Source of the DNA: Candidatus Aminicenantes bacterium
Lineage (GTDB): Bacteria; Acidobacteriota; Aminicenantia; Aminicenantales; JAFGBC01
Length of the DNA: 64,000 nucleotides
Direction of reading: 5' to 3'
Assembly: GCA_963702005.1 (NCBI GenBank)
Contig: OY969696.1
Span: 3,424,001 to 3,488,000, forward strand
This document shows, one piece after another, positions 20,988-30,953 of this stretch (position 1 is its first letter; each line of letters begins with the position of its first letter). Under the pieces are notes generated by a model. That model did no database searches and was not told where the DNA came from. It saw only the letters and a list, made by a program, of their open reading frames with translations. The position numbers and the translations under genes are program-made.

Positions 20988-22454
20988 TCAGCTCCGGCGG
21001 CGCCTCGAATCGGGCGGGCGGCGCGAGCGCCCGTCGCGGCGCTGCATGTGCGGGCGATCCGAGCCGCCGCGCGTCGCAGGGGGATTTTCTTCGAGGTCCG
21101 GCGGGACGAGCGGGGCGTGGAATGTCTCCTGGTAGAAATCATCCAGCAGCATGGCCAACAGAGCGGTCTCTTCGCTCTCCTCTTCCAGGCTGCGCGCCAG
21201 CGGCAGGAAACGCTGCATGCGCTCGGCCTTCAGACTATCGCGGCTGCGCAGGCGCGCTTCCAGCAGGGCGATGATCCGTTCGGAGACGATCCGCTCGACG
21301 TCTTCGTCGCTGGGCAAGGCGCGTTCCTGGATGTTGATGCTGAAGCGTTTGGCGATGCTCAGCAAACCGGCCCGCTCCATCCCGCTGACCAGCGTGATCG
21401 CAGTGCCGCTGCCGCCAGCCCGCCCGGTGCGCCCGGCCCGGTGAATGTAGCCTTCGGGGTCTTCGGGCGGCTCGTATTGGATGACGTGCGACAGCTCGGG
21501 CAGGTCTATTCCCCGCGCGGCCACATCCGTCGCCACCGGAAAGCGCAGCGTCCCCCGGCGCACCCGATCCATCACCTTTCCGCGGTCCGCCTGGGACAGA
21601 TCGGAGCTCAAGCCGTCGGCATCATAGCCGAACCGCTGCAGCACAACCGTCACGTATTCCACCTGCGCCTTGGTGTTGCAGAAGATCAAGGCGGAAGGCG
21701 GATTCTCGGCTTCGATGATGCGCACCAAACTGCGGTCTTTATCCATGCGGGGCACCGCGTAAAAGACATGCTCGACCTCGGTCACGTGGATATGGTCGCT
21801 GCTCAGGTTCAGAAAACCCTGCTCATGTAGGAATTGGCCGGCCAGTCGGATGACCTGGGGCGGGAAGGTGGCCGAGAACATAAAGGTGCTGACCCGCCGC
21901 TGGGGAAGGTAGGACTGCACGCGTCGCATGTCGGGGTAGAAGCCCATCGAAAGCATGCGGTCGGCTTCATCGAAAATCAAGAAGGTCAGCTGATCGAGCG
22001 TCAGGGACCGCCGCAGCAGGTGATCGAGGATGCGCCCCGGAGTGCCGATCACCAGGTGCGCGCCGGCCTTGAAAGCCGCCAACTGTTGGCCGTAACCGAC
22101 GCCGCCGTAAACGGCTATGTTGCGAACACCGGTGGTACGGCCCAGGATTTCGGCTTCGGAAGCTACCTGCAGGGCAAGCTCACGGGTCGGCACCAGCACC
22201 AGAGCCTGGGTGGCCCGTTTTTCCGTGTTGACGAGCTCCAGGATCGGCATTAGAAAGGCGCCGGTCTTGCCGCTGCCCGTGCGCGATTGGATCATCATGT
22301 CGCGCCGGGCGAAAAGATAGGGAATGGCCTGGGCTTGGACCGGCATCAATTCCGACCAGCCCGCCCGGGCCGCTGCTTGGCGCAGCTTTTCGGGCAGGCC
22401 GGCCAGGGTAGCCGGCGGAAGCACGTCCGCGTGTTTTTCAGGTTCCTTAACCAT
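20988..22454 (-). CDS. DEAD-box ATP-dependent RNA helicase
   Basis: RTGSGKT, PTRELA, TPGR, DEAD, SAT, TDVAARG, HRAGRTGR; Arg-rich tail. Confidence 0.95.
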   Translation of the reverse strand: MVKEPEKHADVLPPATLAGLPEKLRQAAARAGWSELMPVQAQAIPYLFARRDMMIQSRTGSGKTGAFLMPILELVNTEKRATQALVLVPTRELALQVASEAEILGRTTGVRNIAVYGGVGYGQQLAAFKAGAHLVIGTPGRILDHLLRRSLTLDQLTFLIFDEADRMLSMGFYPDMRRVQSYLPQRRVSTFMFSATFPPQVIRLAGQFLHEQGFLNLSSDHIHVTEVEHVFYAVPRMDKDRSLVRIIEAENPPSALIFCNTKAQVEYVTVVLQRFGYDADGLSSDLSQADRGKVMDRVRRGTLRFPVATDVAARGIDLPELSHVIQYEPPEDPEGYIHRAGRTGRAGGSGTAITLVSGMERAGLLSIAKRFSINIQERALPSDEDVERIVSERIIALLEARLRSRDSLKAERMQRFLPLARSLEEESEETALLAMLLDDFYQETFHAPLVPPDLEENPPATRGGSDRPHMQRRDGRSRRPPDSRRRRS

Positions 22455-22602
22455 TCGGGTTTCCGCTTTCCTTCCAAGAGTTAGTTTTCATTATCGCTCA
22501 TTTGAGCACTGAAGCGCAAACCCGCGCGCAACCGCTCCTGCACGCCAACCTCGTCTGGCTTTCCGATTTGAAGTGTATGAGGAACTTAAGCCTGAGGCCC
22601 GC

Positions 22603-22797
22603 TTAAGGTCTACCAGTAAGGAAACCGCCCATGAAAAAGCCGAATCCCAGGACGGATTCACAATGGGGACACGAGTACATGATTTCTTTTTTGACTACGC
22701 CGGATACCTCTTTGTGCACTTCTTCGGTAAATTCAGCAGATTCTCTTTTGGTTTTTTCCAAAGTGATCGCTTGTTTGCAATACGGACATTTTGCCAT
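22603..22797 (-). CDS. Small zinc-ribbon protein
   Basis: AAGGAG RBS; CPYC...CPHC pairs in 64 aa. Confidence 0.7.
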   Translation of the reverse strand: MAKCPYCKQAITLEKTKRESAEFTEEVHKEVSGVVKKEIMYSCPHCESVLGFGFFMGGFLTGRP

Positions 22798-22833
22798 TTC
22801 TCTCTCCTTATCTGTAATGCTCGGACGAACGGG

Positions 22834-23478
22834 TCATAATTGCCGGGCGAGCGCCATGAGGGCTAAAGACAAAGCAACGGCCAAGGAGGGTTCGAGGAAC
22901 TTGATCCTGAGTCTGAGGCCCGCCGCTTTTTCACCCGCCCAGATCCCGAGCGGCACCGAAATAAGCGAGAGCCCGACCGCAAGCGGCGCGTAATACCAGG
23001 CGAGGGGGATGCTCGTCCCGGGCGCCAGACAGGCCGCGATTCCCGTCACGGACTTGACTAACGGAAAAGAGCCGGCCGCAGCCAGGGCCGCCGAGCCTCC
23101 CCAAACCGCCCGGCCGGCCGTCCTCTTTCCGAGCTTCCCCGCCACGACCGCGGCGACCACAACAAACGCCGCTCCCTCCAGGACGAAGGCGAAAATGGGG
23201 TTGGCGATCGCCCCATCCCGGAGGGGCAAGGACAGAAGGAGGGCGTCAAACATCTTGAAAAGAGCGGCGACGGCGACGAGCAAGGCGACGCTCCAGGCAT
23301 TTTCCGTGGCCGCCCAGGCCGCGGCGATGAAGAACAGCGCGACGCCCGTCATCAACGAGCCCGACATCTTCGAGGCGCAGGCGTGAAGGGCGGCTCCCAG
23401 CACGCACTCCGAAAGCCCCCAGGCGGAGCCGAGGATGACGACGGTTCCCAGCGCGTTCACGGCGTTTCTTTTTTCCAT
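22834..23478 (-). CDS. Hypothetical polytopic membrane protein
   Basis: AAGGAG RBS, about 6-7 TM helices; follows the Mo-hydroxylase large subunit. Confidence 0.75.
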   Translation of the reverse strand: MEKRNAVNALGTVVILGSAWGLSECVLGAALHACASKMSGSLMTGVALFFIAAAWAATENAWSVALLVAVAALFKMFDALLLSLPLRDGAIANPIFAFVLEGAAFVVVAAVVAGKLGKRTAGRAVWGGSAALAAAGSFPLVKSVTGIAACLAPGTSIPLAWYYAPLAVGLSLISVPLGIWAGEKAAGLRLRIKFLEPSLAVALSLALMALARQL

Positions 23479-23498
23479 TTTTCGCTCCTTGGTCCCGC

Positions 23499-25667
23499 CT
23501 ACTTCGCCGCGCCCTTGGCCATGGCGGCTTTGACCCGCTCCGGAGTCATGGGCAGTTGGTACAGCCTGGCCCCCGTCGCGTCAAAGACGGCGTTGGCCAG
23601 GACGGCGCCCATGTTGATAATGGCCGGCTCCCCGCCTCCCGACGGCGCGAGGTCGTTATTCTCGACGAGCACGGCCTCGATCTTAGGCAGCCAGGAAAAG
23701 CGCGGGATCTCGTAGGTGTCGAAGTTGAGGTCGCTGATCTCTCCGCCCTTGAAATGAACCTCTTCGCTCAGGGCGTAACCCAGCCCCATGGTGCAGCAGC
23801 CTTCGATCTGGATGATCGCGCCTTCGGGGTTTATGACCTGGCCCATGTCCTGGGCGCAGACGATCCTTTTGACTTGGACGCTTCCCTCCGTCTTGTCCAC
23901 TTCGACTTCGGCGATAGTGGCGATGTAGGTATCCAGATAATTCGAGCAGACGATCCCGAGGCCCCTCCCGCCCGGCAACGCGGCCGGCATCCAGCCGAAC
24001 TTTTCCGCCGCGGTCCTTGAGGACACGCTTCATCCTCTCGTCGGCCAGGTTCCTCATCCGGAACTCGAGGGGGTCGGCGCCCGCCTTCGCGGCCATGATG
24101 TCGATCTGGCTCTCGCGGGCGAAGACGTTGGTGTTGGAGCCCGGCGCCCTCCAGGCTCCGACCGCGAAGGGATGGCCGCCGGCCGCGGCCGCGCCCCCGC
24201 CCCACTCCCCTCGCGAGGCCGTGCGGTGGTGGGGGATATTGTAGAACTGGTCCGCGCTCCTGGAGCCGGCGAAATAAACCGAATAGTCCCAGAGGACGAT
24301 CTTCCCCGCGCCGTCCATTCCGGACCTGATCTTGACCACGGCCGCCGGCCGGAAGGTGTCGTTGAAGAACTCGTCTTCCCGGCTCCAGGCGACCTGGACG
24401 GGCTTCCCCGTGAGCTTCGCCAGCATCGCTGCCTGGACGGCCTGCGTGTTCAAATTCTTGCCGCCGAACCCTCCCCCGACGAAGGGCGCGATAACCCGAA
24501 CATTCCCGGGCGGAAAGCCCAACGCCTGGGCGATCTCGTCCTTGGCCCGGAAGGGCGATTGCGTCGAGGGCCAGACCGTGGCCTTGTCCCCCTCGATCTT
24601 GGCCGTCGCCGTGTGGGTCTCGATTGCGGCGTGGGCCACGTAGCTGTTGAGATAGGTCTCGTTGAAGAGCGCGGCCGCGAGCGCCTCGCCCTGTTTGAGG
24701 TCGCCGCCCTCGGCGATAACCCGGGCCTCGGGCGCGATCGCAAGCAGGTGCTCGAAGATCGTCTTGTCATCGAGGTCGGATTTCGGGACGTCGTATTCGG
24801 CCTTGACTAGGGCGAGCGCCTCTATCGGCGGCGTCCGGATGTTCGTGGAGGACGGCGACGAGGTCGCCGTCGCGGACGACCTTGACCCCGGGGATCTTTT
24901 CGGCCGGAGACGTGTCGAGCGTCGTGAGCTTCGCCCCGTGGACGGGCGGCCTGAGGATTTTTGCGTAGAGCAGGCCGGGCAGGCGGATGTCGCCAGCGTA
25001 GAGGGCCTTTCCTGTGACTTTTTGGAGGGCGTCCCTGCGAAGGACGGGCTTGCCCATGACGGCCCACTCCGCGACCGGTTTGGGGGACGGCTTTTGGGCG
25101 AGCTGACGTACGATCCTTTTCCCGGCCGCAAGCTCCGCGTAGCTGACCTTGTTCGCGGGGCGGCCCTTCTCCGAAACGACACCGTCCTTGACGGCGAGCT
25201 TGTTCGCGGGAACCTTGAGCCTTTCCGCGGCCAGCTCGAAGAGGATGCCCCTGGCCTCGGCCCCGGCCGCCCTCAGGGCGGGGCCGAAATAGCGAGTAGT
25301 CCTGGAGCCGAACGTTCCCATGTCATAGGGACAGAGGTCCGTGTCGCCCAGGACCATATCCACGGAATCCAGCGGGATGTCCAGCTCGTCGGCTATCATC
25401 TGGGCCAAAGACGTGATCACGCCCTGGCCCATCTCGATCTTGCCGGCGAAGCAGGACACCCGGCCGTCCTCCCCGACCCTGAGATAGGCGTTGAGGTCCG
25501 TCGGGATATTCGGGTCCGCCCTCCCTCCGCCGCCCTTCCTGAAGAAGGGCTGCTTCGCCCCAAGAGACGGCGACGACGATCCCGCCGCCCATGAGCTTCA
25601 TGAAGTCCCGGCGCCGGATCGAGCTATCCTTTATATATATATATTCGTCGAGCTCATCATTTTTCAT
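23499..25667 (-). CDS. Xanthine dehydrogenase family molybdopterin-binding subunit (isoquinoline 1-oxidoreductase beta-like), split by three +1 frameshifts
   Basis: Tat-like RRDFMK; KIEMGQG, GGGFGGK, GAWRAPG, ESQID, GGGEPA in successive frames. Shifts near 25510, 24830 and 24020. Confidence 0.85.
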
Positions 25668-26146
25668 GGCGGGCTCCTTCCGTTAACGTCCCGGCCGCAT
25701 CCTGGACCGCTTGGACGATGCGGGTGTGGGCCCCGCAGCGGCACAGGTTCCAATTCAGGGCGTCCGCGATATCGCTCGGAGCAGGCTTCGGGATTTTTAA
25801 GGAGCAGACTATAGGCCGTGAGGATCATGCCCGGCGTGCAATAACCGCACTGCAGGGCGTCGTGCTTCATGAACGCTTCCTGCAGGGGATGAAGACGGCC
25901 GTCCCGGGCCAGGCCCTCGATCGTCAGGACCTTCTTACCCGCGACGTCCTTCACCGGAACGACGCAGGAGCGGACGGCCTCGTCGTCGACGATGACGGTG
26001 CAGGCCCCGCACAGGCTTTTACCGCAGCCGAACTTCGTCCCGGTCAGCCCGAGGTCTGTCCGCAGGACCCAGAGGAGCATGCGCTCCCCGTCCACGGACA
26101 GGCTCACGGGCTTGCCGTTCAAGATGAAACGGATGGTTTGATCCAT
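25657..26146 (-). CDS. (2Fe-2S)-binding small subunit of the Mo-hydroxylase, one +1 frameshift
   Basis: GGAGG RBS; [26 protein letters not shown] is restored by removing one base near 25790. Confidence 0.88.
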
Positions 26147-26272
26147 GACGGCCTCCCATTCTCTTGATGGAAAGTTAGCACTTTCGATCGAGGATGTCAA
26201 AAGCGAGATAGCGGGCGGAGCTTTTCATCGGCGCCGGATTGTGTTAACTACTTATGGTAAGAGGATGAGGGA

Positions 26273-27340
26273 ATGAAAGACATCTACTTGAGCGTCGCCG
26301 CCAGGCTGGCCAAGAAACAGCGCTTCGCCCTAGCCGTCATCCTCGGCGCCGAAGGCTCGGCCCCACAGGGGGCGGGCGCGGCGGCGATCTTCTCCTCGAA
26401 GGGGCTCAGCGAAGGCACGGTCGGCGGAGGCGCGCTCGAAGCCGGCATCCGGAAGAAGGCCGTCGCGGCCCTCGGGAAGGGCCGTCCCCTCGTCGTGAAT
26501 TACGTCCTCAAAGGGGAAAGTACGGCCGCGGACACTCCCATCTGCGGCGGAAGGGTCCGGGTCCTCATCGACCCTCGCCCCGGGAAGGATAAGGATGTCT
26601 TTAGCCGCCTCAGTCGGTCGCTCGCGGTGAATGAGCGGGGCGTCCTGATCACGTCGGTGCGCAGCCTCTCCCCAGAGAGGGTCGTCCTACGGCGGGACTG
26701 GATCGAGGCCGGGTCGAGATCCCCTTTTGACCGAGACATCGTGAAAGCCTTGTCCGGCGGAGAGCCCCGGCTGGCCGTGTTCAGGACCGAGTCCCGTTCG
26801 AGCCGACTCACAGAGGAGTATCTTTTTCTGGAACCCGTCCTTCCCCCGGCGCGCCTGGTGATCGCGGGCGCGGGCCATATCGGACGGGCCGTTTCGCATC
26901 TGGGCCGGCTCCTGGATTTCGACGTCACGGTCATCGACGACCGGCGCGAGTTCGCGAACAGGAAGAACCTCCCCGACGCCGACCATGTCGTCCGGGCCGA
27001 TATCGGGAAAGCTTTGCGGGCGTTCCCTTTCTCGCGGGACACTTATGTCGTCATCGTCACGCGGGGTCATGCGCGCGATGCCGACGCCCTCCGGGCCTGC
27101 TTCCGTTCGAAAGCCGGCTACGTCGGGATGGTGGGCAGCAGGATCAAGGTCGCGCTGATGCGGAAGGAATTCATCGCCCGGGGTTGGGCGACGGCGCGCC
27201 AGTTCGACCGCGTCCACTCACCGATCGGCCTTCCCATCCGCTCCAAGACCGTCCAGGAGATCGCCGTCAGCATCGCCGCCGAGCTCGTCCTGGCCCGCCG
27301 CGAGATCCGGGAAAGGAAAGGGAAGGGCGCCGGCAAATGA
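26273..27340 (+). CDS. xdhC: XdhC/CoxI-family molybdenum cofactor maturation factor
   Basis: GTVGGGALE, ICGG, GAGHIG, VTRGH, YVGMVGS, SPIGL, EIAVSIAAEL. Confidence 0.9.
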   Translation: MKDIYLSVAARLAKKQRFALAVILGAEGSAPQGAGAAAIFSSKGLSEGTVGGGALEAGIRKKAVAALGKGRPLVVNYVLKGESTAADTPICGGRVRVLIDPRPGKDKDVFSRLSRSLAVNERGVLITSVRSLSPERVVLRRDWIEAGSRSPFDRDIVKALSGGEPRLAVFRTESRSSRLTEEYLFLEPVLPPARLVIAGAGHIGRAVSHLGRLLDFDVTVIDDRREFANRKNLPDADHVVRADIGKALRAFPFSRDTYVVIVTRGHARDADALRACFRSKAGYVGMVGSRIKVALMRKEFIARGWATARQFDRVHSPIGLPIRSKTVQEIAVSIAAELVLARREIRERKGKGAGK

Positions 27341-27918
27341 TCTGGGCCGTCGTTTTGGCCGCGGGGAAGTCGGAGAGGATGGGGAGCGCCAAGCTCCTCC
27401 TCCCGATGGGGAGAAGCACGCTCATCGAAACCGTCATCGGCGGCATCCTGCGCTCCCGTCCGGACGGCGTTCTCGTCGTTTTGGGGGCTGACCGGGAAAA
27501 GCTCGAGCCGGTCATCGGGAAATACCCGGTGCGGACCGTCTTCAATCCGGATTTCGAACAGGGCATGTTGTCATCTGTGAAGCGCGGATTCGAAGCCGTC
27601 CCGCCCGACGCCCGGGCCGTCCTCGTCTTCCTGGGCGACCAGCCGGCTCCCCCGGCTTCGGTCACCGGCCGCATCATCGACGCTTACCGGAAGACGGGAA
27701 AGGGAATCGTCCTTCCGGCGTATCGGGGCCGGCGCGGCCACCCCGTTCTCATCGACGTGAAATACCGCGGCGAGGTCGCGGCCCTCGATCCGTGGATCGG
27801 ATTGAGGCAGCTTCCACACGCCCATCCGGACGATGTCCTCGAGGTCAAGGTGAGGACGGAGGCTGTTCTTAGGGACATCGACACGCCGGAGGATTATCGG
27901 GCGCTCTTGAAGTCATAA
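27337..27918 (+). CDS. mocA: Molybdenum cofactor cytidylyltransferase-like NTP transferase
   Basis: LAAGKSERMG, GMLSS, LGDQP, GHPV, DIDTPEDY; ATGA overlap with xdhC. Confidence 0.85.
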   Translation: MIWAVVLAAGKSERMGSAKLLLPMGRSTLIETVIGGILRSRPDGVLVVLGADREKLEPVIGKYPVRTVFNPDFEQGMLSSVKRGFEAVPPDARAVLVFLGDQPAPPASVTGRIIDAYRKTGKGIVLPAYRGRRGHPVLIDVKYRGEVAALDPWIGLRQLPHAHPDDVLEVKVRTEAVLRDIDTPEDYRALLKS

Positions 27919-27950
27919 GCCCGCCCCCTCCGGGCTCATTAAGGACATTT

Positions 27951-30026
27951 CTAAAATACCCGCTTCCAAATGCCGCCGAACCGGGTCCCGGCATAGAGGG
28001 TCCGGCTCGCCGCGTCGATTTCCAGCCACTGGGTGTTATAGACGGTCAGGCCACCGCTGAACCACGACCAGGTCAGGCCGCGGTCTTGGCTGTATTGGAT
28101 CCCCGAAGGGTCCCCTACAAAGACTTCTTTGGGGTTATTTTTATTAATAGCGATGGCCTCCGCATCCCAGAAGTCTCCGGTCTTCGCCCAGCTCGCTCCG
28201 CCGTTCCCGCTCCGAAATACGCCGTCCCAGGTCCCGACGTAGACGATGTTCGTGTTCACGGGGTCGATAACGATAGTCAAGGGGTGAGCCTGAGTCGGCA
28301 CGGCGAGCGCTGCCCAGCTCGCGCCGCCGTTCGTGCTCTTGTAACAGACGGGGATATCAGCCGCGGTTTGGCCCGTGACATAGAGAATATTTCCGTTCTT
28401 GGGGTCGACGGCCGCCGCCGTGGCGACGCTGTCGTCATCGTTCCGGATCTTGATGCTCGTCCAGCTCGCGCCGCCGTTTTTGCTGACATGGAGCCCCATG
28501 TACTTCGGGCCGGCGTCGACGCCGCCCACCTGTCCGGCGGCTACGACGGTGTTAGGGTCGGCGGGGCTCAGCGCGAGATTTTCGCAGTTGTGGTGAAGAA
28601 TGTTCTTGAAGGATACGCCGCGGTCCGCCGACTTGTAGACCTCGTCGGGGCCGCTGCTCCCGGCCAGGACGTAGACCGTCTTGGGATTCGTGGGATGGAC
28701 GGCGAAGCGGATGACCTCGTCCGAGAGGTAGAAATCCGGGCCCTTCGTCCAGTTCGCGCCGCCGTCACCGGACTTGAAGATTCCGTAGGCGTTCGCCGCC
28801 GCGTATATATTCAGCGGCGCCGAGGGCGCGAGCCCGAAGGCAGGAACATCCGTCGCCCGGATCCCGGCATGGCTCGACTTCCAGGAGACGCCCGCGTTCG
28901 TGCTTTGAAAAATCCCAGCCGAGGTGGCGGCATGGACCCGCGGCCCCCGGGCCAGGATCCTGAGGCCCTTCCCGTAATATCCGCTGCCGTAAAGCTTCCA
29001 GGTCTTTCCCCCGTCCGCGCTCTTGTAACAGCCCTTGTCAGTCGCCGTGGAGTTCAGGTTCCCGGCGTAAATGATGTTGGAGTTGGAGGCGTCGATGGCC
29101 ACGGTGTTGGCAGAGAAGTCGCTGGACGGCGAAACCTGCGCGCTCCAGGACGATCCGGCGTCGCTCGTCCGAGCTACGCCGTACTGATGGGCGACATAGG
29201 CCTTGTTCGCGTCCTTGGAGTCGAGCGCCAGTCCGAAGAGTTGACCGCCGCCGTTCTCGGGGTTGAAGACCGCGGCGGAGGTAACGTCCTTCCAGTCCCG
29301 GCCGCCGTTGGTCGAGACGAAGACGCGGGGAATCCAGACGTACGAGCCGGTCTTGCTGAAATAGCCGCAGAGAAAGACAACGTCCGGATTCTGCGGGGAG
29401 AAGGCGACGTCGCAGACGATACCTCTATATGAGGAGGCTTCGAACTTCTGGACAGCCCATGTTTTGCCGCCGTCGGCGGATTTGATGAGGGCCATACAGG
29501 TGCTATAGGAACCGGAGCTTTTGGCATACGTTCCTGAGGCGATCAGGATTTTCGAGTTCGTGAGCTTCACGGCAAGCCGGCCCTGGTTCACATTAAATCC
29601 TTTGGGGAAATCTATTTCGCTGAATGTCGCGCCCCGGTCCGTGGATTTGAAGAAATGCCAGGCCCCTATGACGTAGACCGTATTCGAGTCCAGAGGGTCC
29701 AGGACGATGTCATAGAGGTAGTCTGTCAGGAGAGCGGTTCGAGTCCAGGACTGGCCGTTGTTTGTGGAGCGAAAAACCTGGCCCGGGTAGCCCATGGCCA
29801 CGGCATAGAGCTCTTTGGCCGACTTGGAATTCCGCGTTAGGCCCTTGATCTCGCCGCCGTAGGGACCGATTGCGGTCCAGGTGCCGGCGTCTTCACGCAC
29901 CGCGACGGCCGGGGCCGTTACCTGTGCGCTCCATGCCTGAGCCGGACCGGGCCAGGGGCCGATAAACGCGGCTGCCAAAACCAGAGCCGGCACCAAGGCT
30001 AAAAGCGAAACGATGTTTTTTTTCAC
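27951..30026 (-). CDS. Secreted BNR/Asp-box beta-propeller protein (Ser-type paralog of 30954-32934)
   Basis: GTG start with GAGGAGG, signal peptide, IGPYGG, many SxDGGxxW repeats. Confidence 0.85.
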   Translation of the reverse strand: MKKNIVSLLALVPALVLAAAFIGPWPGPAQAWSAQVTAPAVAVREDAGTWTAIGPYGGEIKGLTRNSKSAKELYAVAMGYPGQVFRSTNNGQSWTRTALLTDYLYDIVLDPLDSNTVYVIGAWHFFKSTDRGATFSEIDFPKGFNVNQGRLAVKLTNSKILIASGTYAKSSGSYSTCMALIKSADGGKTWAVQKFEASSYRGIVCDVAFSPQNPDVVFLCGYFSKTGSYVWIPRVFVSTNGGRDWKDVTSAAVFNPENGGGQLFGLALDSKDANKAYVAHQYGVARTSDAGSSWSAQVSPSSDFSANTVAIDASNSNIIYAGNLNSTATDKGCYKSADGGKTWKLYGSGYYGKGLRILARGPRVHAATSAGIFQSTNAGVSWKSSHAGIRATDVPAFGLAPSAPLNIYAAANAYGIFKSGDGGANWTKGPDFYLSDEVIRFAVHPTNPKTVYVLAGSSGPDEVYKSADRGVSFKNILHHNCENLALSPADPNTVVAAGQVGGVDAGPKYMGLHVSKNGGASWTSIKIRNDDDSVATAAAVDPKNGNILYVTGQTAADIPVCYKSTNGGASWAALAVPTQAHPLTIVIDPVNTNIVYVGTWDGVFRSGNGGASWAKTGDFWDAEAIAINKNNPKEVFVGDPSGIQYSQDRGLTWSWFSGGLTVYNTQWLEIDAASRTLYAGTRFGGIWKRVF

Positions 30027-30250
30027 GATGCCCTCCTCAAATGACGAGAGTCCCCTCGTCCAATCAGTCGAATAGTTCTTGGACTGTGTTGAATAATAAA
30101 GGGCAGGGCCGCCCGCTGTCAATCTATCCATGAACTTAGTCGGTCAATTTGTTTTGGGCTTGCGCTATGATAGAATGGATAAGGTTGACGGCAAGGGTGG
30201 AATTGAGATACGTTCGTGACAAAGGAAGGACTGAGGGCTGAGGCAGACCG

Positions 30251-30913
30251 ATGACAAAGACGATCGCCGAAAACGTCCGCGCCCTTCTGGCCGACCTCCC
30301 TCCCGGCGTCGAGCTGGTGGCCGCCGCTAAAACCCGGACTCCCGAGGAGATCCTGGAAGCGGTCGGAGCCGGGATCAAGGCCGTCGGGGAAAACTACGTC
30401 CAGGAGGCGGCCGCCGCGATCGCCGTCGTCGGCCGGGGCGTCCGTTGGCATTTCATCGGCCATCTCCAGACGAACAAGGTCAAAAAAGCGGTCGAGATCT
30501 TCGACCTCATCGAGACCGTGGACTCGGTCGAGCTCGCCGGCGAGATCGACAAGCGCGCCGCGGAGGCGGGCAAAGTCATGCCCGTCCTCGTCGAAATCAA
30601 CAGCGGCCGCGAACGCCAGAAAGCGGGCGTCATGCCCGAGGAGGCGGAAGCCTTGGTCCGCGAGATCGCTCCCTTCAAGAACATCCGGCTCGAAGGCCTG
30701 ATGACGATGGGCCCCTTCGAGGGGAATCCCGAGGACGCCCGCCCCTACTTCCGGGAGACCAAGCGGACTCTCGAGAACCTCAAAGCCCTGTCCATCCCCG
30801 GCATCGAAATGCATCGCCTCTCGATGGGGATGACCAATTCCTTCAAGGTCGCCGTCGAAGAGGGCGCGACCATGGTCCGGATCGGAACTCTCATCTTCGG
30901 CCCGCGGCCGTAG
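30251..30913 (+). CDS. yggS: PLP homeostasis protein YggS
   Basis: LVAAAKT, GENYVQE, WHFIGHLQTNK, GLMTM, LSMGMT, VRIGTLIFG. Confidence 0.95.
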   Translation: MTKTIAENVRALLADLPPGVELVAAAKTRTPEEILEAVGAGIKAVGENYVQEAAAAIAVVGRGVRWHFIGHLQTNKVKKAVEIFDLIETVDSVELAGEIDKRAAEAGKVMPVLVEINSGRERQKAGVMPEEAEALVREIAPFKNIRLEGLMTMGPFEGNPEDARPYFRETKRTLENLKALSIPGIEMHRLSMGMTNSFKVAVEEGATMVRIGTLIFGPRP

Positions 30914-30953
30914 GCCGGCCCGGCCGGAAAAAAACGAAGGCCAAGGAGGGCCG

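Noticed and set aside
25632-25644. (TA)6 tract in the Mo-hydroxylase 5' end as a phase-variation switch
   Set aside because: Short, currently in frame (EYIYIK), and no evidence of length variation from one sequence.
23499-27918. Selenium-dependent molybdenum hydroxylase system
   Set aside because: No yqeB/yqeC/selD-like genes nearby; proximity to the Sec candidate alone is insufficient.
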